A DNA stretch of 64,000 nt from NCBI GenBank assembly GCA_965218095.1, contig OZ244587.1, positions 3,200,001 to 3,264,000 on the forward strand, given 5' to 3'. Position 1 is the first letter of the stretch. Each line of letters opens with the position of its first letter. This document shows positions 28,232 to 38,069 of the stretch, piece after piece. The DNA is from Candidatus Poribacteria bacterium. Its GTDB lineage: Bacteria; Poribacteria; WGA-4E; PCPOR2b. The notes beneath the pieces were generated by a model that was not told the DNA's origin, ran no database searches, and saw only the letters and a program-made list of their open reading frames with translations. The translations under genes were made by a program, and so were the position numbers.

Positions 28232-30493
28232 CTACTCGATTGTGCCCGTGATAACCCAGGTATCGAGTCCGAGTATTTCCTCGTCCGTGTTCTGGACCCA
28301 GAACTTGAGCAGGAACTGATTTTTTCCACCAACATAGTCCGTCAGGTCATACTTCACAACATCGCCGCGGTTGTCCAATTCCTCGAAGGTAGTCATCCAT
28401 GTCTGTCCCTGGTCGGGGGAGATTTGCACCTTGTTGTGCCCACCGGCAGGCAGCGCCAGGTGAATGGCGGTGTCCCACCCGCCCGGACCGCCAGGTAAGG
28501 ATACCTCCTTGAATTTCAAGCCCTCAGCGGCCCGGAAGTCATAGACGATTTCACCCGTGACGCCCGGCTTCAGATAGAGACCGTGGGCGCCGATGTAAAA
28601 CCCTTTCCGGCTCCTGGCGTGATAACTCTTACCACCCTGATCTAGATTGTCCCAATAGATAAACGGACCGGGCACCTCAAAGTAGGTCCCGGAGCCCGTG
28701 AGATCCGTCAAACTCCGTTCGGCGATGATGTGCGCTTTCCCGCCCAAAGTTAGTGTGCCGTTGAGACTGCTGACGAAGTCGAGGTAAGCCCGACATGTGC
28801 TGGCGGCAGACTGACGCTCTTCGTCACTGCCTGAGCGGTTGGCTTGACCCAATGCAGACCAGAACACCAGCCACAGCTTCGTGGCTAAAAGGCAGTTCTC
28901 ATCCCGCTCAATGCGGGCGACGATGGTTGGATTGTCGGCAACCTTCCGTTTGGCCTTGGCGATCTGGGCGAGGGAATCGTCCACTAGCCTGGCCGGATAA
29001 AATCGGGGAACATCTGTCATCGTACTGCTGCCACCCTCGACGGAAAGCATCTGTTGCTCAAACCGCTCATAGATTTGGCGCATATCTTCCGCCGCCGCCC
29101 CGAAGTACGCGGGATAGAACGCATTCAGCAGATCTTCCACCCGCAGCCGCTTGTCCCAGGCCATCCGCGTTGACAACCATATATGAATGTCGGTGCCCAT
29201 GTTCCGGCTGAGATACTCGTCCATCACGCCGGTATAGCCCACGCTGCGATAAAAATCCTGTGTCTCCTGCAAGGCATGGAACAGAGGCCACGGTCCGTTG
29301 TACACACCGACGTAGTCATAGCTCCACGCTTGTGGCAGCATCTTCATCCAGTGCGCAACTTGCCGACGATAGTTATTGCTCGAAGGATTGTCATTGGTTC
29401 TGGGTCTGACCTGGTCTACGCCCATGGAGACAATCACGGGCGCTAGGTTGGGATGGCCCTGTATGAATTCCTTTGGCGGCTCAAGCGTAGCTTTGTATGG
29501 CATGATAGTGATACGCCTGGTCGGATGCACTTCGGCCAGCTTCTCAGCAACGCGATTGGACATCAGGAGCATACGGGCACCATCATTGGACGCCATCTGA
29601 AGGCATTCGTCGCAGCGGCACCACTCCGGCGAATCGGACTGGCTGAACGAGTAGTAGTCGAAGTCGGGATGGTCGTTGAAGAAGTTGATGAACCAGTGCG
29701 AGGCGATTTCGACCGTCCTCGGATTAGACATGCACAATCCCCCAACTTCGGGATGTCGTTTGCCCTTGAAGAACGCCGCAAGTTCCGGCGCTTCTTCTCG
29801 GAGTTCTTTGGGGAAGATGTTTTTCCAATTGTGCCCGGCGTAGCCGCGGGGTTCGCCGCGACGATTCCGGCGGTACCACTTGTTCAGAAGCGCTATCTCT
29901 TCATATGTCATTCTCCCGTTTACATTGTCGTTGTACCACGGCCCGCGCTTTTCAAAACTGGGTTTGGCGACCTCCCGGCCGCTAGGGATGTGAAGCGTCA
30001 CAGTTCGCCGTTGTGGTATATGCTCACCGATTTCGCCAGGCGTAAACCAGTGGCAGCCCAGGTAATCTTCCAGTAGCCCGTAAACCGCATGGGCGACGCC
30101 TTCCGGGCAGGGACTGGACAAAAACACGCCGGTTTTGCCATCGAATTCGATGACTTCGATAACATAGCCATCCGGCCACAGACCCTCTCTGCTGAAGAAT
30201 CTTCCCGGTACATGCACGTTTGGCGGCTTGGTGTCGATGTAAATGCCGACGCCTTTGACCTGGGTCGGGTCGTTGACAATGAGCACGTGTGCGCCGGACA
30301 TCTTACCCAGGTGATATCGCAAGTCTTCGGCAACCTCAGTGATCCGCTTCTCTTCGAGGGGTACGACGATAGTACATCGGGCCTGTCCATTTTCAATCAG
30401 CGTTACCGACTGCGCCGGTTTCGCGTAAAGTAAAGTGGCTTCGGTCAAAACCAGTGCCACCAGACAATTTGCGAGCAATGCGGGTGCTTTCAT
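28232..30493 (-). CDS. Secreted DUF4838 domain protein (glycoside-hydrolase-like)
   Basis: Signal peptide; AEDLRYHLGKMSGA, AVYGLLEDYLGCHWF, LCMSNP, WCRCDEC, YFGAAA. Confidence 0.85.
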   Translation of the reverse strand: MKAPALLANCLVALVLTEATLLYAKPAQSVTLIENGQARCTIVVPLEEKRITEVAEDLRYHLGKMSGAHVLIVNDPTQVKGVGIYIDTKPPNVHVPGRFFSREGLWPDGYVIEVIEFDGKTGVFLSSPCPEGVAHAVYGLLEDYLGCHWFTPGEIGEHIPQRRTVTLHIPSGREVAKPSFEKRGPWYNDNVNGRMTYEEIALLNKWYRRNRRGEPRGYAGHNWKNIFPKELREEAPELAAFFKGKRHPEVGGLCMSNPRTVEIASHWFINFFNDHPDFDYYSFSQSDSPEWCRCDECLQMASNDGARMLLMSNRVAEKLAEVHPTRRITIMPYKATLEPPKEFIQGHPNLAPVIVSMGVDQVRPRTNDNPSSNNYRRQVAHWMKMLPQAWSYDYVGVYNGPWPLFHALQETQDFYRSVGYTGVMDEYLSRNMGTDIHIWLSTRMAWDKRLRVEDLLNAFYPAYFGAAAEDMRQIYERFEQQMLSVEGGSSTMTDVPRFYPARLVDDSLAQIAKAKRKVADNPTIVARIERDENCLLATKLWLVFWSALGQANRSGSDEERQSAASTCRAYLDFVSSLNGTLTLGGKAHIIAERSLTDLTGSGTYFEVPGPFIYWDNLDQGGKSYHARSRKGFYIGAHGLYLKPGVTGEIVYDFRAAEGLKFKEVSLPGGPGGWDTAIHLALPAGGHNKVQISPDQGQTWMTTFEELDNRGDVVKYDLTDYVGGKNQFLLKFWVQNTDEEILGLDTWVITGTIE

Positions 30494-30702
30494 CTGATAT
30501 GTCCTCGCTAACAAATGTTAATGCCATGTCGGTGAAATTCCGACTCACAACACAACTGTCAGTGGCAGTATCCAGTCCATGCTGGCATTGGGCGAACTTG
30601 CCGCCGCATGTCTTACCTTAACTGCCTCGCTGAAAACGGCGGGGTGGGGAGCAAAGGGAAAAGGCGCATTCCTGAGAGACGGGCAAACCAACTGGACGAA
30701 AT

Positions 30703-30969
30703 CTAGAAACGGATTTCATAAAGACGTCTCGAAAGTAGAACGTCCGACAAGACCAACATGGTCAAGCGAAAGCTGACTGTTTGAAGCCTCGTGAGGAAAT
30801 CCAGCAGAGACAGCCTGAAAGTCTCAAGATGTTCAGTGGATCCCTTTACATCGGCAGTCAAGGAATCTAACTTTGCTCTCATATAAACAATGATAGCAAC
30901 CGCTTGGATTAACATGCCAATAAATGTAAAGCCCACAAGGACGAGATGAGATTGAGACCAATTGCCCAT
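30703..30969 (-). CDS. Small N-terminal TM plus coiled-coil protein (possibly frameshifted)
   Basis: GGAGG RBS; hydrophobic LVLVGFTFIGMLIQAVAIIVY; TTGACA..TATATT promoter-like sequence upstream. Confidence 0.5.
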   Translation of the reverse strand: MGNWSQSHLVLVGFTFIGMLIQAVAIIVYMRAKLDSLTADVKGSTEHLETFRLSLLDFLTRLQTVSFRLTMLVLSDVLLSRRLYEIRF

Positions 30970-31145
30970 GATACACCTCCTGAGAAGATATGGGAGAGGA
31001 AGTTAGGTAGGTAGCTAGATTTGGTTATCAATATACCAAAAACCACCTTCGTATGTCAAGTATAATTGCCCTCCTTTGTATTGACAATTGACGTAGATGA
31101 CATCGTAGTGGTAGTGTTCAGATCCACCGTCATAGATTCGTCGGA

Positions 31146-31221
31146 GAGCCGTGTGCCGTGAAAATGGCACGCACAGTTCGGAGGGGGGAAGCGCTGCGCA
31201 AGCGGTGTTCTCCTACCCTAC
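31146..31221 (+). ncRNA. Group II intron domains V and VI (3' fragment, no RT ORF)
   Basis: GAGCCGTGTGCCGTGAAAATGGCACGCACAGTTC (AGC triad, GAAA loop), then GGAGGGGGG...CCTACCCTAC. Confidence 0.9.
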
Positions 31222-31283
31222 ACCTCTTACCGGTTTTGTTCGTCAAAATTCATAAGACATTTCTGACTTTGAGGCGCCTTGCT

Positions 31284-33713
31284 TTAGTTCCCTGTCCCAC
31301 CTGCTGAAATAACAAGTGGTTCAATGCCCTGCGCTTTGATTTGGCTGATGAACGGCGCCGCCTCTTTCTTTTCGTGGAATCGCCCAACCAACACACGGTA
31401 CCACGGTTCAGATCGGATAGTCACCTGGGCGAGCCGAATTTCCCCACTAAGATTTAGTGCTTCTAAGGACTCAACAAGTAACTCAGCGTTTTCACGATTT
31501 TTGAACGAGCTCACCAGCAGCGTGTACTTCGGCGTGGCTGTGGAGGGCTCTTCACTCACTTCTGGAAAATTATTGGGCGCGACCCGTACTTCCATCTCTT
31601 TAGCTGGGGGCAATGCGCCTTCAACTGTCAATAATACGATCTCGACACGACGATTCTTGTGAAGATTGCTTTGGGTATCATTCGGGGCGATGGGTTTTTC
31701 TTCACCGTAACTGATTGCAGATAACCGCGACGGATCGATGCCAAACTCATTGACGAGATAGGTCATTACCGCGTTTGCTCGCTTACGCGACAGTTCAAGA
31801 TTGTAACTTGCCTCCCCGACATCATCCGTATGGCCCTCGATGATGACTTGCGCATCCGGATAGGCAGCGATCGCCTGTGCTGCTTCCTCAAGCACCGGCC
31901 GGTATTCGCTCCTAATTTCGTAGGCGTTTGACCCAAAAGCCACTCCCGAGAGCGTCAGAACAATCCCGCGCGCATCCTTGCGTTCTTCCAGCGCCTCTTG
32001 TTGACCCATCAGATTTCTTTGGCTGATATCAACGAATGACAGCGAGGCTTCATCTGTGCTGCGGTTGCCAGCGATGTCATGAACCATGAGCATGCAGTGG
32101 TAGTCAGCGTTCGGGTTCATAGGCAATGGATGTCCATGCCAGTTGTTCCAGACAATGGTATCTGGTGGTTCTCCATTTTCACGGATCTGATCGATGCGCT
32201 CCCCCGCACCGTCGAAGAACTGGAGTTCCCAATGTGCAATTGGATTAAGGTCTGAAGCCTGCACATGCACCGTTGGTACATTGACGATCACATCCCCACT
32301 GGACTGCATGCCATCGGAGGGAGCCAGGATGAGCGGTTCCGCAGAGATCTTAAGATCTACAGGCATCGTGTCGACGGTAATTACCGTTTTACTCTGCAAG
32401 TGGCGATCGCTCCCCTCATTAAGGAAGAATAACTGTGCGGTGTACGTTCCATCGCTCACCAGGTTTCCTTCGACATCTTGTCCGTCCCACACCACTTCCT
32501 CCGATGGCAACCCGGTCCCAAAATAGGTCTGTACAATCTTACTACAGTCATCTCGAATCTCCAGGTGCCACGCACCCTCTTCGGCAATCTCGAAATCGAA
32601 AACTGTTTCCTCCCTCACGCCATCGCCGTTCGGTGAGATCGCTTCTTCAGAGACCGTTAGTACAGATACAATCTGTTTGGGCATGACAATCGGCGACGGC
32701 TGAGTCGGTGGAGGCGTTGGTATGTTGGTGATTGGCGGCTGTGTCATCGGCGGCTCGCCCGGGCTGCCTCCCCAACGCAGCGTCGCTGAGATCCAGTGTA
32801 CATCCCTATCCAACTCGCTGCCTCTCACATAAGCGTAATCAAGCTGTCCAGACTCGCTGCGAAGACTAAATCCTGTCGACCACTCGCCTGCTGTAAATTG
32901 ATCGGCGTTAGCGATTGCCGTGTATCCAAGGCGGAGACCGAACCGTGTAGCCAAGAACCACCTTTCGACGCCTAAGTGTGTGCGCAGACGATCTTGAAAG
33001 TCAGATCGCTTATCATTGTGCAGGACAAAATCCCCAGATAAGATGGTATCCCGCTTAAGATAGTAAGCTGCCCCAAGTCGCGTCACCGGCGGCATCTTCT
33101 CGATCAGCCGACCATTTTCCCAGATGTGCCCACCGAGATCTTCAAAGGTCAAACCAAGTGCAATCCGATCGGCAGGGCGTTTCAGTTTACGAGAGAATAG
33201 AACACCGAGATCAAAGCTCCAACCGAACTGCCTGCTGACTGAGCGATTCCGGCGGTGGTGACGGATACTTGCACCCGCAGCAATCTCCTTTCCCAAAGGA
33301 ATACCATATCCCACAAGCACCAGTCGGTTCGTTTCATCATCATTCCCCCAGCCATCGAACCAGGAGGAGATTGAGAAATTACCAACATTTTTCGTGGCAA
33401 TTCGCAACTGCTGTGGATTAAACGCCAGCGAAAACGCCCCTTCCCGATCATCAGATTCTTCGGCGAAAGGGAGTCCAACGAGAGAGAGTTCTGTCGCCTT
33501 CAGAAACCCCAGTGATGAAGGATTCCAGAATGAGCTGTCACTCGATGGGGGGCCTGCCGTGAACGCGCTCCCCATGCCCAGTGCTCTTGCGCTTGTCCCA
33601 ACAAAAATCTTCCGATTGCTGATACCTGATTCCGCTGCTGCAATCGATAAACCGAAAAAGATGAGTATGAGTGTACTCAACCCAATGCCCGTGAGATCCC
33701 TTTGGATTTTCAT
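31284..33713 (-). CDS. PorV-like beta-barrel / FlgD-Ig / OmpA-C / SPOR fusion protein
   Basis: SARALGMGSAF..FWNP; ISPNGDG, VWDGQD..G..VSDGTY; IEGHTDDVG..YNLELSRKRA, NRRVEI; SSFKNRENAE, WYRVLVGRF. Confidence 0.85.
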   Translation of the reverse strand: MKIQRDLTGIGLSTLILIFFGLSIAAAESGISNRKIFVGTSARALGMGSAFTAGPPSSDSSFWNPSSLGFLKATELSLVGLPFAEESDDREGAFSLAFNPQQLRIATKNVGNFSISSWFDGWGNDDETNRLVLVGYGIPLGKEIAAGASIRHHRRNRSVSRQFGWSFDLGVLFSRKLKRPADRIALGLTFEDLGGHIWENGRLIEKMPPVTRLGAAYYLKRDTILSGDFVLHNDKRSDFQDRLRTHLGVERWFLATRFGLRLGYTAIANADQFTAGEWSTGFSLRSESGQLDYAYVRGSELDRDVHWISATLRWGGSPGEPPMTQPPITNIPTPPPTQPSPIVMPKQIVSVLTVSEEAISPNGDGVREETVFDFEIAEEGAWHLEIRDDCSKIVQTYFGTGLPSEEVVWDGQDVEGNLVSDGTYTAQLFFLNEGSDRHLQSKTVITVDTMPVDLKISAEPLILAPSDGMQSSGDVIVNVPTVHVQASDLNPIAHWELQFFDGAGERIDQIRENGEPPDTIVWNNWHGHPLPMNPNADYHCMLMVHDIAGNRSTDEASLSFVDISQRNLMGQQEALEERKDARGIVLTLSGVAFGSNAYEIRSEYRPVLEEAAQAIAAYPDAQVIIEGHTDDVGEASYNLELSRKRANAVMTYLVNEFGIDPSRLSAISYGEEKPIAPNDTQSNLHKNRRVEIVLLTVEGALPPAKEMEVRVAPNNFPEVSEEPSTATPKYTLLVSSFKNRENAELLVESLEALNLSGEIRLAQVTIRSEPWYRVLVGRFHEKKEAAPFISQIKAQGIEPLVISAGGTGN

Positions 33714-33885
33714 GTGATAGCACTCCGTTTTGGTTTTGTTGACAGGCGGCGGATTGTTTCTCAACTGAACGTTTATCTGCCAACTAGGATTACAGCGTCA
33801 TAAAACGCCCCTCGGTCAACAATAGATACAGAAAACAGGGGGATGGTATTCTATCACGATGGGCATTTTACCCTTCCGGGCTGTT

Positions 33886-35394
33886 TTATTCTCCATCCGT
33901 TACATAAAAGACAAGTCCGTTAAGGAACCAGAAAATCAACAACGGGCGTTGATGCAGAATGTGGTCTGCGAGCCCGTAGACAAGGGCAGAAATCAGAAAG
34001 CCACTGCCTCCGATAAACAAGCCAGAACGCCAGAGATCGCTGTTCTTACGCAATGCAAACAGTTGACGGAAGATTAAAAAGAGTATCCATAAAAACAGAA
34101 TCAGCGATGGGATGCCCTGCTCAACAGCGACTTGCAGGTAAATGTTATGGGCATGATACGGCTTGTGATACATGCCCGGCGGTCCGTGCAACTGATACTC
34201 ATGGCGAAATCTGCCCAAACCGATGCCGGTAATTGGATACTTCGCGATTAATTGAACGGAGGTTTTCCACCATTGGGGACGTTCGCTCATAAAGCCCGGC
34301 GGATGCTTACGGATTGTCTCGAATCGTTCCCTGGTGGATTGGGGCATCAAGATGGAGAACAGAACTGCGAGGACAAGCAATCCCCATAGTAACCGTCGTT
34401 CAAAATAGATCGCGATATAAATCATCGCCACGAACACCCCAATCCATGCGCCCCGCGTAAGTGTGAGGACGAGGTTCGCAATCATCACGCATAAGAGTGC
34501 CCCTAAAATGGTGATGAGCTTCCAGTTTTGGCGTGTGCGCCAGCTTGCGACAAGATAGCCTGCTGTCATTGGCAGAATGATGACAAGGTAAGCTCCCAAG
34601 TCGTTGGGCATCTTAAAGGTGCCGGCAAGGCGAGGTTCAATCATGTAAATGTTGAGTTGATGCTCACTTTTCCTGATGGCGTACTTTCGGACCTTCTGCC
34701 TATCTATTATCAGCCAATCGCCGTATTTTTTTGAGGTGGAAATGGTCGCGTTTTGAGAGAGGTGTCTGCCATTATTCTCAAAGGCGCGCCGCAAATCTTC
34801 CGAAACCTTGTCCCCATCGTTGAGGTGATTTTGAGACGTTAATTCCATGCTAAACATATAGGCAATCCCCAAGTGTGTACCGTTCGCATAGTACCACAAA
34901 CCAAGGGCGGAAGAAAAACCACCCGCAAACATAAAGGCGATAACAAGATTCCGCCAACGTCTACCCAAACGACTGTAAACGACCGCATAAAACAACAACA
35001 CGGCTCGGAGCAGCTTCCAGAAATACCCAAGACTGCTGGTCGATCGATGTGGTGCAAAAAACCAAGCGGCGAGTGCAAGGACGAGAAAAATCGCAATCGG
35101 AATATCTAAAGGTGTTTTTTTCCACTCAAACTGGCGTTCGCAGCAGATACGCCCTATCCACCCCAACAGGACCAGCAGCAGTCCTGCGTTGAGAATTTCC
35201 GTTGCATAACCGAACGGCAGCACAAGAACGAAAATAAGGAAGCCAGCGTAGATCGCCAGATCGAAATACTCGCTTGGTGAACGATGGTGTTGGAGTGCAG
35301 TTAGCCGAATTTTATTTAACATGATACGTAATGCGTAAAACGTAATGCGTGTTGCGTGAGACGCTCTTCCCTTCCTTCCCTTACGCTCTACCAC
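33886..35394 (-). CDS. O-antigen ligase (WaaL/Wzy_C) family protein with an inserted domain
   Basis: RLAGTFKMPNDLG, LTLTRGAW, PITGIGLG, HAHNIYLQ..E.G; start uncertain (GTG35394 or ATG35322). Confidence 0.88.
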   Translation of the reverse strand: MVERKGRKGRASHATRITFYALRIMLNKIRLTALQHHRSPSEYFDLAIYAGFLIFVLVLPFGYATEILNAGLLLVLLGWIGRICCERQFEWKKTPLDIPIAIFLVLALAAWFFAPHRSTSSLGYFWKLLRAVLLFYAVVYSRLGRRWRNLVIAFMFAGGFSSALGLWYYANGTHLGIAYMFSMELTSQNHLNDGDKVSEDLRRAFENNGRHLSQNATISTSKKYGDWLIIDRQKVRKYAIRKSEHQLNIYMIEPRLAGTFKMPNDLGAYLVIILPMTAGYLVASWRTRQNWKLITILGALLCVMIANLVLTLTRGAWIGVFVAMIYIAIYFERRLLWGLLVLAVLFSILMPQSTRERFETIRKHPPGFMSERPQWWKTSVQLIAKYPITGIGLGRFRHEYQLHGPPGMYHKPYHAHNIYLQVAVEQGIPSLILFLWILFLIFRQLFALRKNSDLWRSGLFIGGSGFLISALVYGLADHILHQRPLLIFWFLNGLVFYVTDGE

Positions 35395-35499
35395 ATTACC
35401 TTTCCTATAACCCTTTATGGATGTTATAATTTGTCTCCGTAATAAACTTTGCGTTTCGCCATTGAGTCCAAGTAGAACAATAACTTTGAAAAGGAGTCT

Positions 35500-36693
35500 A
35501 TGACTATGTATCCCAAACGTTGGTTTTCGTTAATCTTATGCATCATTCTTGTTGGTGTACTGTTTTCCTCACAAGCCAGGGGGTTTATTGAGCGGGAATA
35601 TACGATCCGTGAGGTTTTAGAGGCCTGTACAAACATCGTCTTCGGGAAGGTCAAAAGCGCCGATTCCGTACGGCTGAGAGGCATCATCGCGGTAGAAGAA
35701 GATGTCAAAGGGGTAAGCAACTTGGAGGAGATTAAGATTAACTTCGCCTTCGGACAATATCGCCCTGAGAGTTCTCCTCCAAGGATAGTCAAACGTCTTA
35801 AAGTCGGCATGCCTGTCATTGTTTTTTACGAAAAAAATAATGGAATTCAGTGTCTCGGATATATTGATGGCACATGGTTTCAAACTCGTGCGACGGGCGG
35901 ACCCGCCGCCGGGTGGTGGGGGTTTACTCATATGGATCCATATATGTTGCGCACATTTAGTGGCCCAACAACAGAATTCCAGAAGGTCGTCCGCGCCATC
36001 CTCGCGGGCGGGAAGTGGTCCGGTATTCCCAAAGACGCCGTGAAGGTACTTGTCTTGACGGGCAACAGCACGCGACCTGTGCAGAGTCAGGTGTCTGCGC
36101 ATACGAACACCGTCAGCTATGAATATAATGCTATCAGGCTCATCCGTGAGGCTGGTGAACGGGTTCTGGCTTACGAGCCAACTCAGGATACCTCTCTTCC
36201 TAGCTTAGATAAGGCAGATATCTTGTGGCTGGGGCAAGGGGAGATTGCTAATAAGTACTACTTGCTCAACAAAAGCACAGAGGGAAAAATCAGGAAGTTT
36301 GTGCAAAATGGTGGCATTGTGATTGTTAGCGGGCAAAACAGCGCCCACGATCGTCCGTGCGAAACAGGCTGGCTGGCGGGAAAATTAGTGGGGGTTGAAC
36401 GCCCACCCACTCAGGATTTCGAGATCACCAAGCAGGGGAAGCAGCTATTTTCGGGGCCGAATCAGATCCAGCCGGAGGTCCTCCTCATTGATGATGCCTG
36501 GACAGGTTGGAACAAGAATTATGAGATTCTCGCCACAACGAACGGTGGAAAAGGCCTCGTTGTTGGCACACGAAAGCACGGCAAAGGTTTGTACATCATC
36601 ACAAGTCTGTGCAACGATGATGAAGGCCTCGTCGCGATGAATAAAAAACTGATAGAAAATATTCTCTATTATGCCGCCAACTGGCCGCACTAA
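35500..36693 (+). CDS. Secreted hypothetical protein, C-terminal glutamine-amidotransferase-like fold
   Basis: AAGGAG RBS, signal peptide, IRKFVQNGGIVIV, HGKGLYII. Confidence 0.65.
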   Translation: MTMYPKRWFSLILCIILVGVLFSSQARGFIEREYTIREVLEACTNIVFGKVKSADSVRLRGIIAVEEDVKGVSNLEEIKINFAFGQYRPESSPPRIVKRLKVGMPVIVFYEKNNGIQCLGYIDGTWFQTRATGGPAAGWWGFTHMDPYMLRTFSGPTTEFQKVVRAILAGGKWSGIPKDAVKVLVLTGNSTRPVQSQVSAHTNTVSYEYNAIRLIREAGERVLAYEPTQDTSLPSLDKADILWLGQGEIANKYYLLNKSTEGKIRKFVQNGGIVIVSGQNSAHDRPCETGWLAGKLVGVERPPTQDFEITKQGKQLFSGPNQIQPEVLLIDDAWTGWNKNYEILATTNGGKGLVVGTRKHGKGLYIITSLCNDDEGLVAMNKKLIENILYYAANWPH

Positions 36694-36738
36694 TACAGGT
36701 CTTCGGACGCAGGTATTAGGGATGGCAGACACCTAAAT

Positions 36739-37428
36739 CTAATACCTACTTTGACTCGTCCATCGCAAAATTGCATGAACTCGTCTCTCTTTGTTACTCA
36801 TCATCCACTTGGCGACAACCGGTGTAACATCATCTTCCGCTGGTCTCCCTTGACGGTAGGCTTGGAGCTCTGCTAAAATTGCATCTTTAATTTTGGCTGG
36901 GGATAAGCCAGCGGAAGCCAAAATAATCTGTTTAAGCCGTTCGTCCCTATACATTTCCTCTTTCCGCATTGATCCTGCCGTGCAACTTCCTTCCGAATGG
37001 CGCTCACATGCACATTGAGGTCATTCCGCAGCTTCTCATTTCAGTACCCGAAACATCCCCCGAGCGATTGAAGGGTCGCCAGCCATTATTTGATAAAAAT
37101 CCTCACGGAAAATCTCTAGCAGCTTCGTGTCCCTGGTGATTTTTATCGTCGCGCTACGAGGTTCATCGCCCATTAGAGCCATCTCGCTGATGCAGGTACC
37201 GCTTTAATCCAATGTCAGGACCTGCATCTCATCCTTGGGGATGCCAACTTCTCCCCCTACGATTAGGTAGAGCGAATCGCCATCGTCCCCTTCATGAAAC
37301 AAGATATGCTCGGCAGGATAGTCTTGCTCCTGGGTAATCTTGCAAATCGACGCTAATGCTTCGCTCCTGGCGTCAGTAAACAGACTTGTCTCTTGTAAGA
37401 ATTTCAACTTCTGTTTTTCCGATAGCAT
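36739..37428 (-). pseudogene. cNMP-binding domain plus SpoIIE/PP2C phosphatase C-terminus, deleted and nonsense
   Basis: LFHEGDDGDSLYLIVGGEV..*..EMAL..EPRSAT; EMYRDERL..AEDDVT. Confidence 0.75.
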
Positions 37429-37823
37429 TTGACAAATCTCATTTCTTGAAATGTTAGACAACTTTACTCGATTGGGTCTCGCTACGAGTGGAACGGAGTC
37501 AATTGAACTAATGGTTCCGAAGAAATCACGCAATTTACGAACTTCGGCGATCTATAGAGGCGTGGTGTGTCGAAGGAGATTCTCACGTTTACGCTACATT
37601 ATATCGCACAACAGAAATGAGTTCAACTATTATTCTATACAGTTAGAAATTTACAAGGCAGGTAGAGACCTGGTAGATGTCACCTCAATCGGTCCCTTTT
37701 CGGATCTATTGAGGAAATTCGCACAAATTTCAAATTTCCCATCAGTCCATTTGCACATTTTCTACCAACCATAAAGTTAAGGTTCTGGTATCAATTGAGT
37801 TTGGAACCGTGTTGCATTTGCAC

Positions 37824-37862
37824 TGCTTAAAAAATAGCACTGAATTGCCCAAAAAACAGGCA
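37824..37862. promoter_or_regulatory. Putative NtrC-type enhancer sites
   Basis: TGC-N11-GCA (TGCCCAAAAAACAGGCA) and an adjacent TGCTTAAAAAATAGCA, about 110-150 bp upstream of the sigma54 motif. Confidence 0.55.
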
Positions 37863-37970
37863 AATAGTTTGCAGTTCATCTAAGTGACTACAGTGCTTTA
37901 GCGTTGCAGGTGTCGTTCAAACTCTATGATTCATAGATTAAATCAGATTAGGATTCTCAAAATGATTTCT

Positions 37971-37985
37971 TGGCACTGGTTTTGC
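37971..37985 (+). promoter_or_regulatory. Sigma54 -24/-12 promoter
   Basis: TGGCACTGGTTTTGC (GG-N10-GC) upstream of amt. Confidence 0.8.
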
Positions 37986-38069
37986 CTGCCTGCTTGTACC
38001 AAAATGCTTGGTGATCTGCAGTGGTCAGCAACAACAAAACACATGGAAAATAAAGGGAGAATTTCCATT

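Noticed and set aside
30679-30715. GGCAAACC suggesting a c-di-GMP-I riboswitch
   Set aside because: No matching GAAA-capped stem or GGGACGCAAAGC continuation, and wrong orientation for the neighbouring gene
31000-31300. Complete group II intron, retron or DGR
   Set aside because: No reverse transcriptase ORF, intron 5' end or template/variable repeat pair in the window
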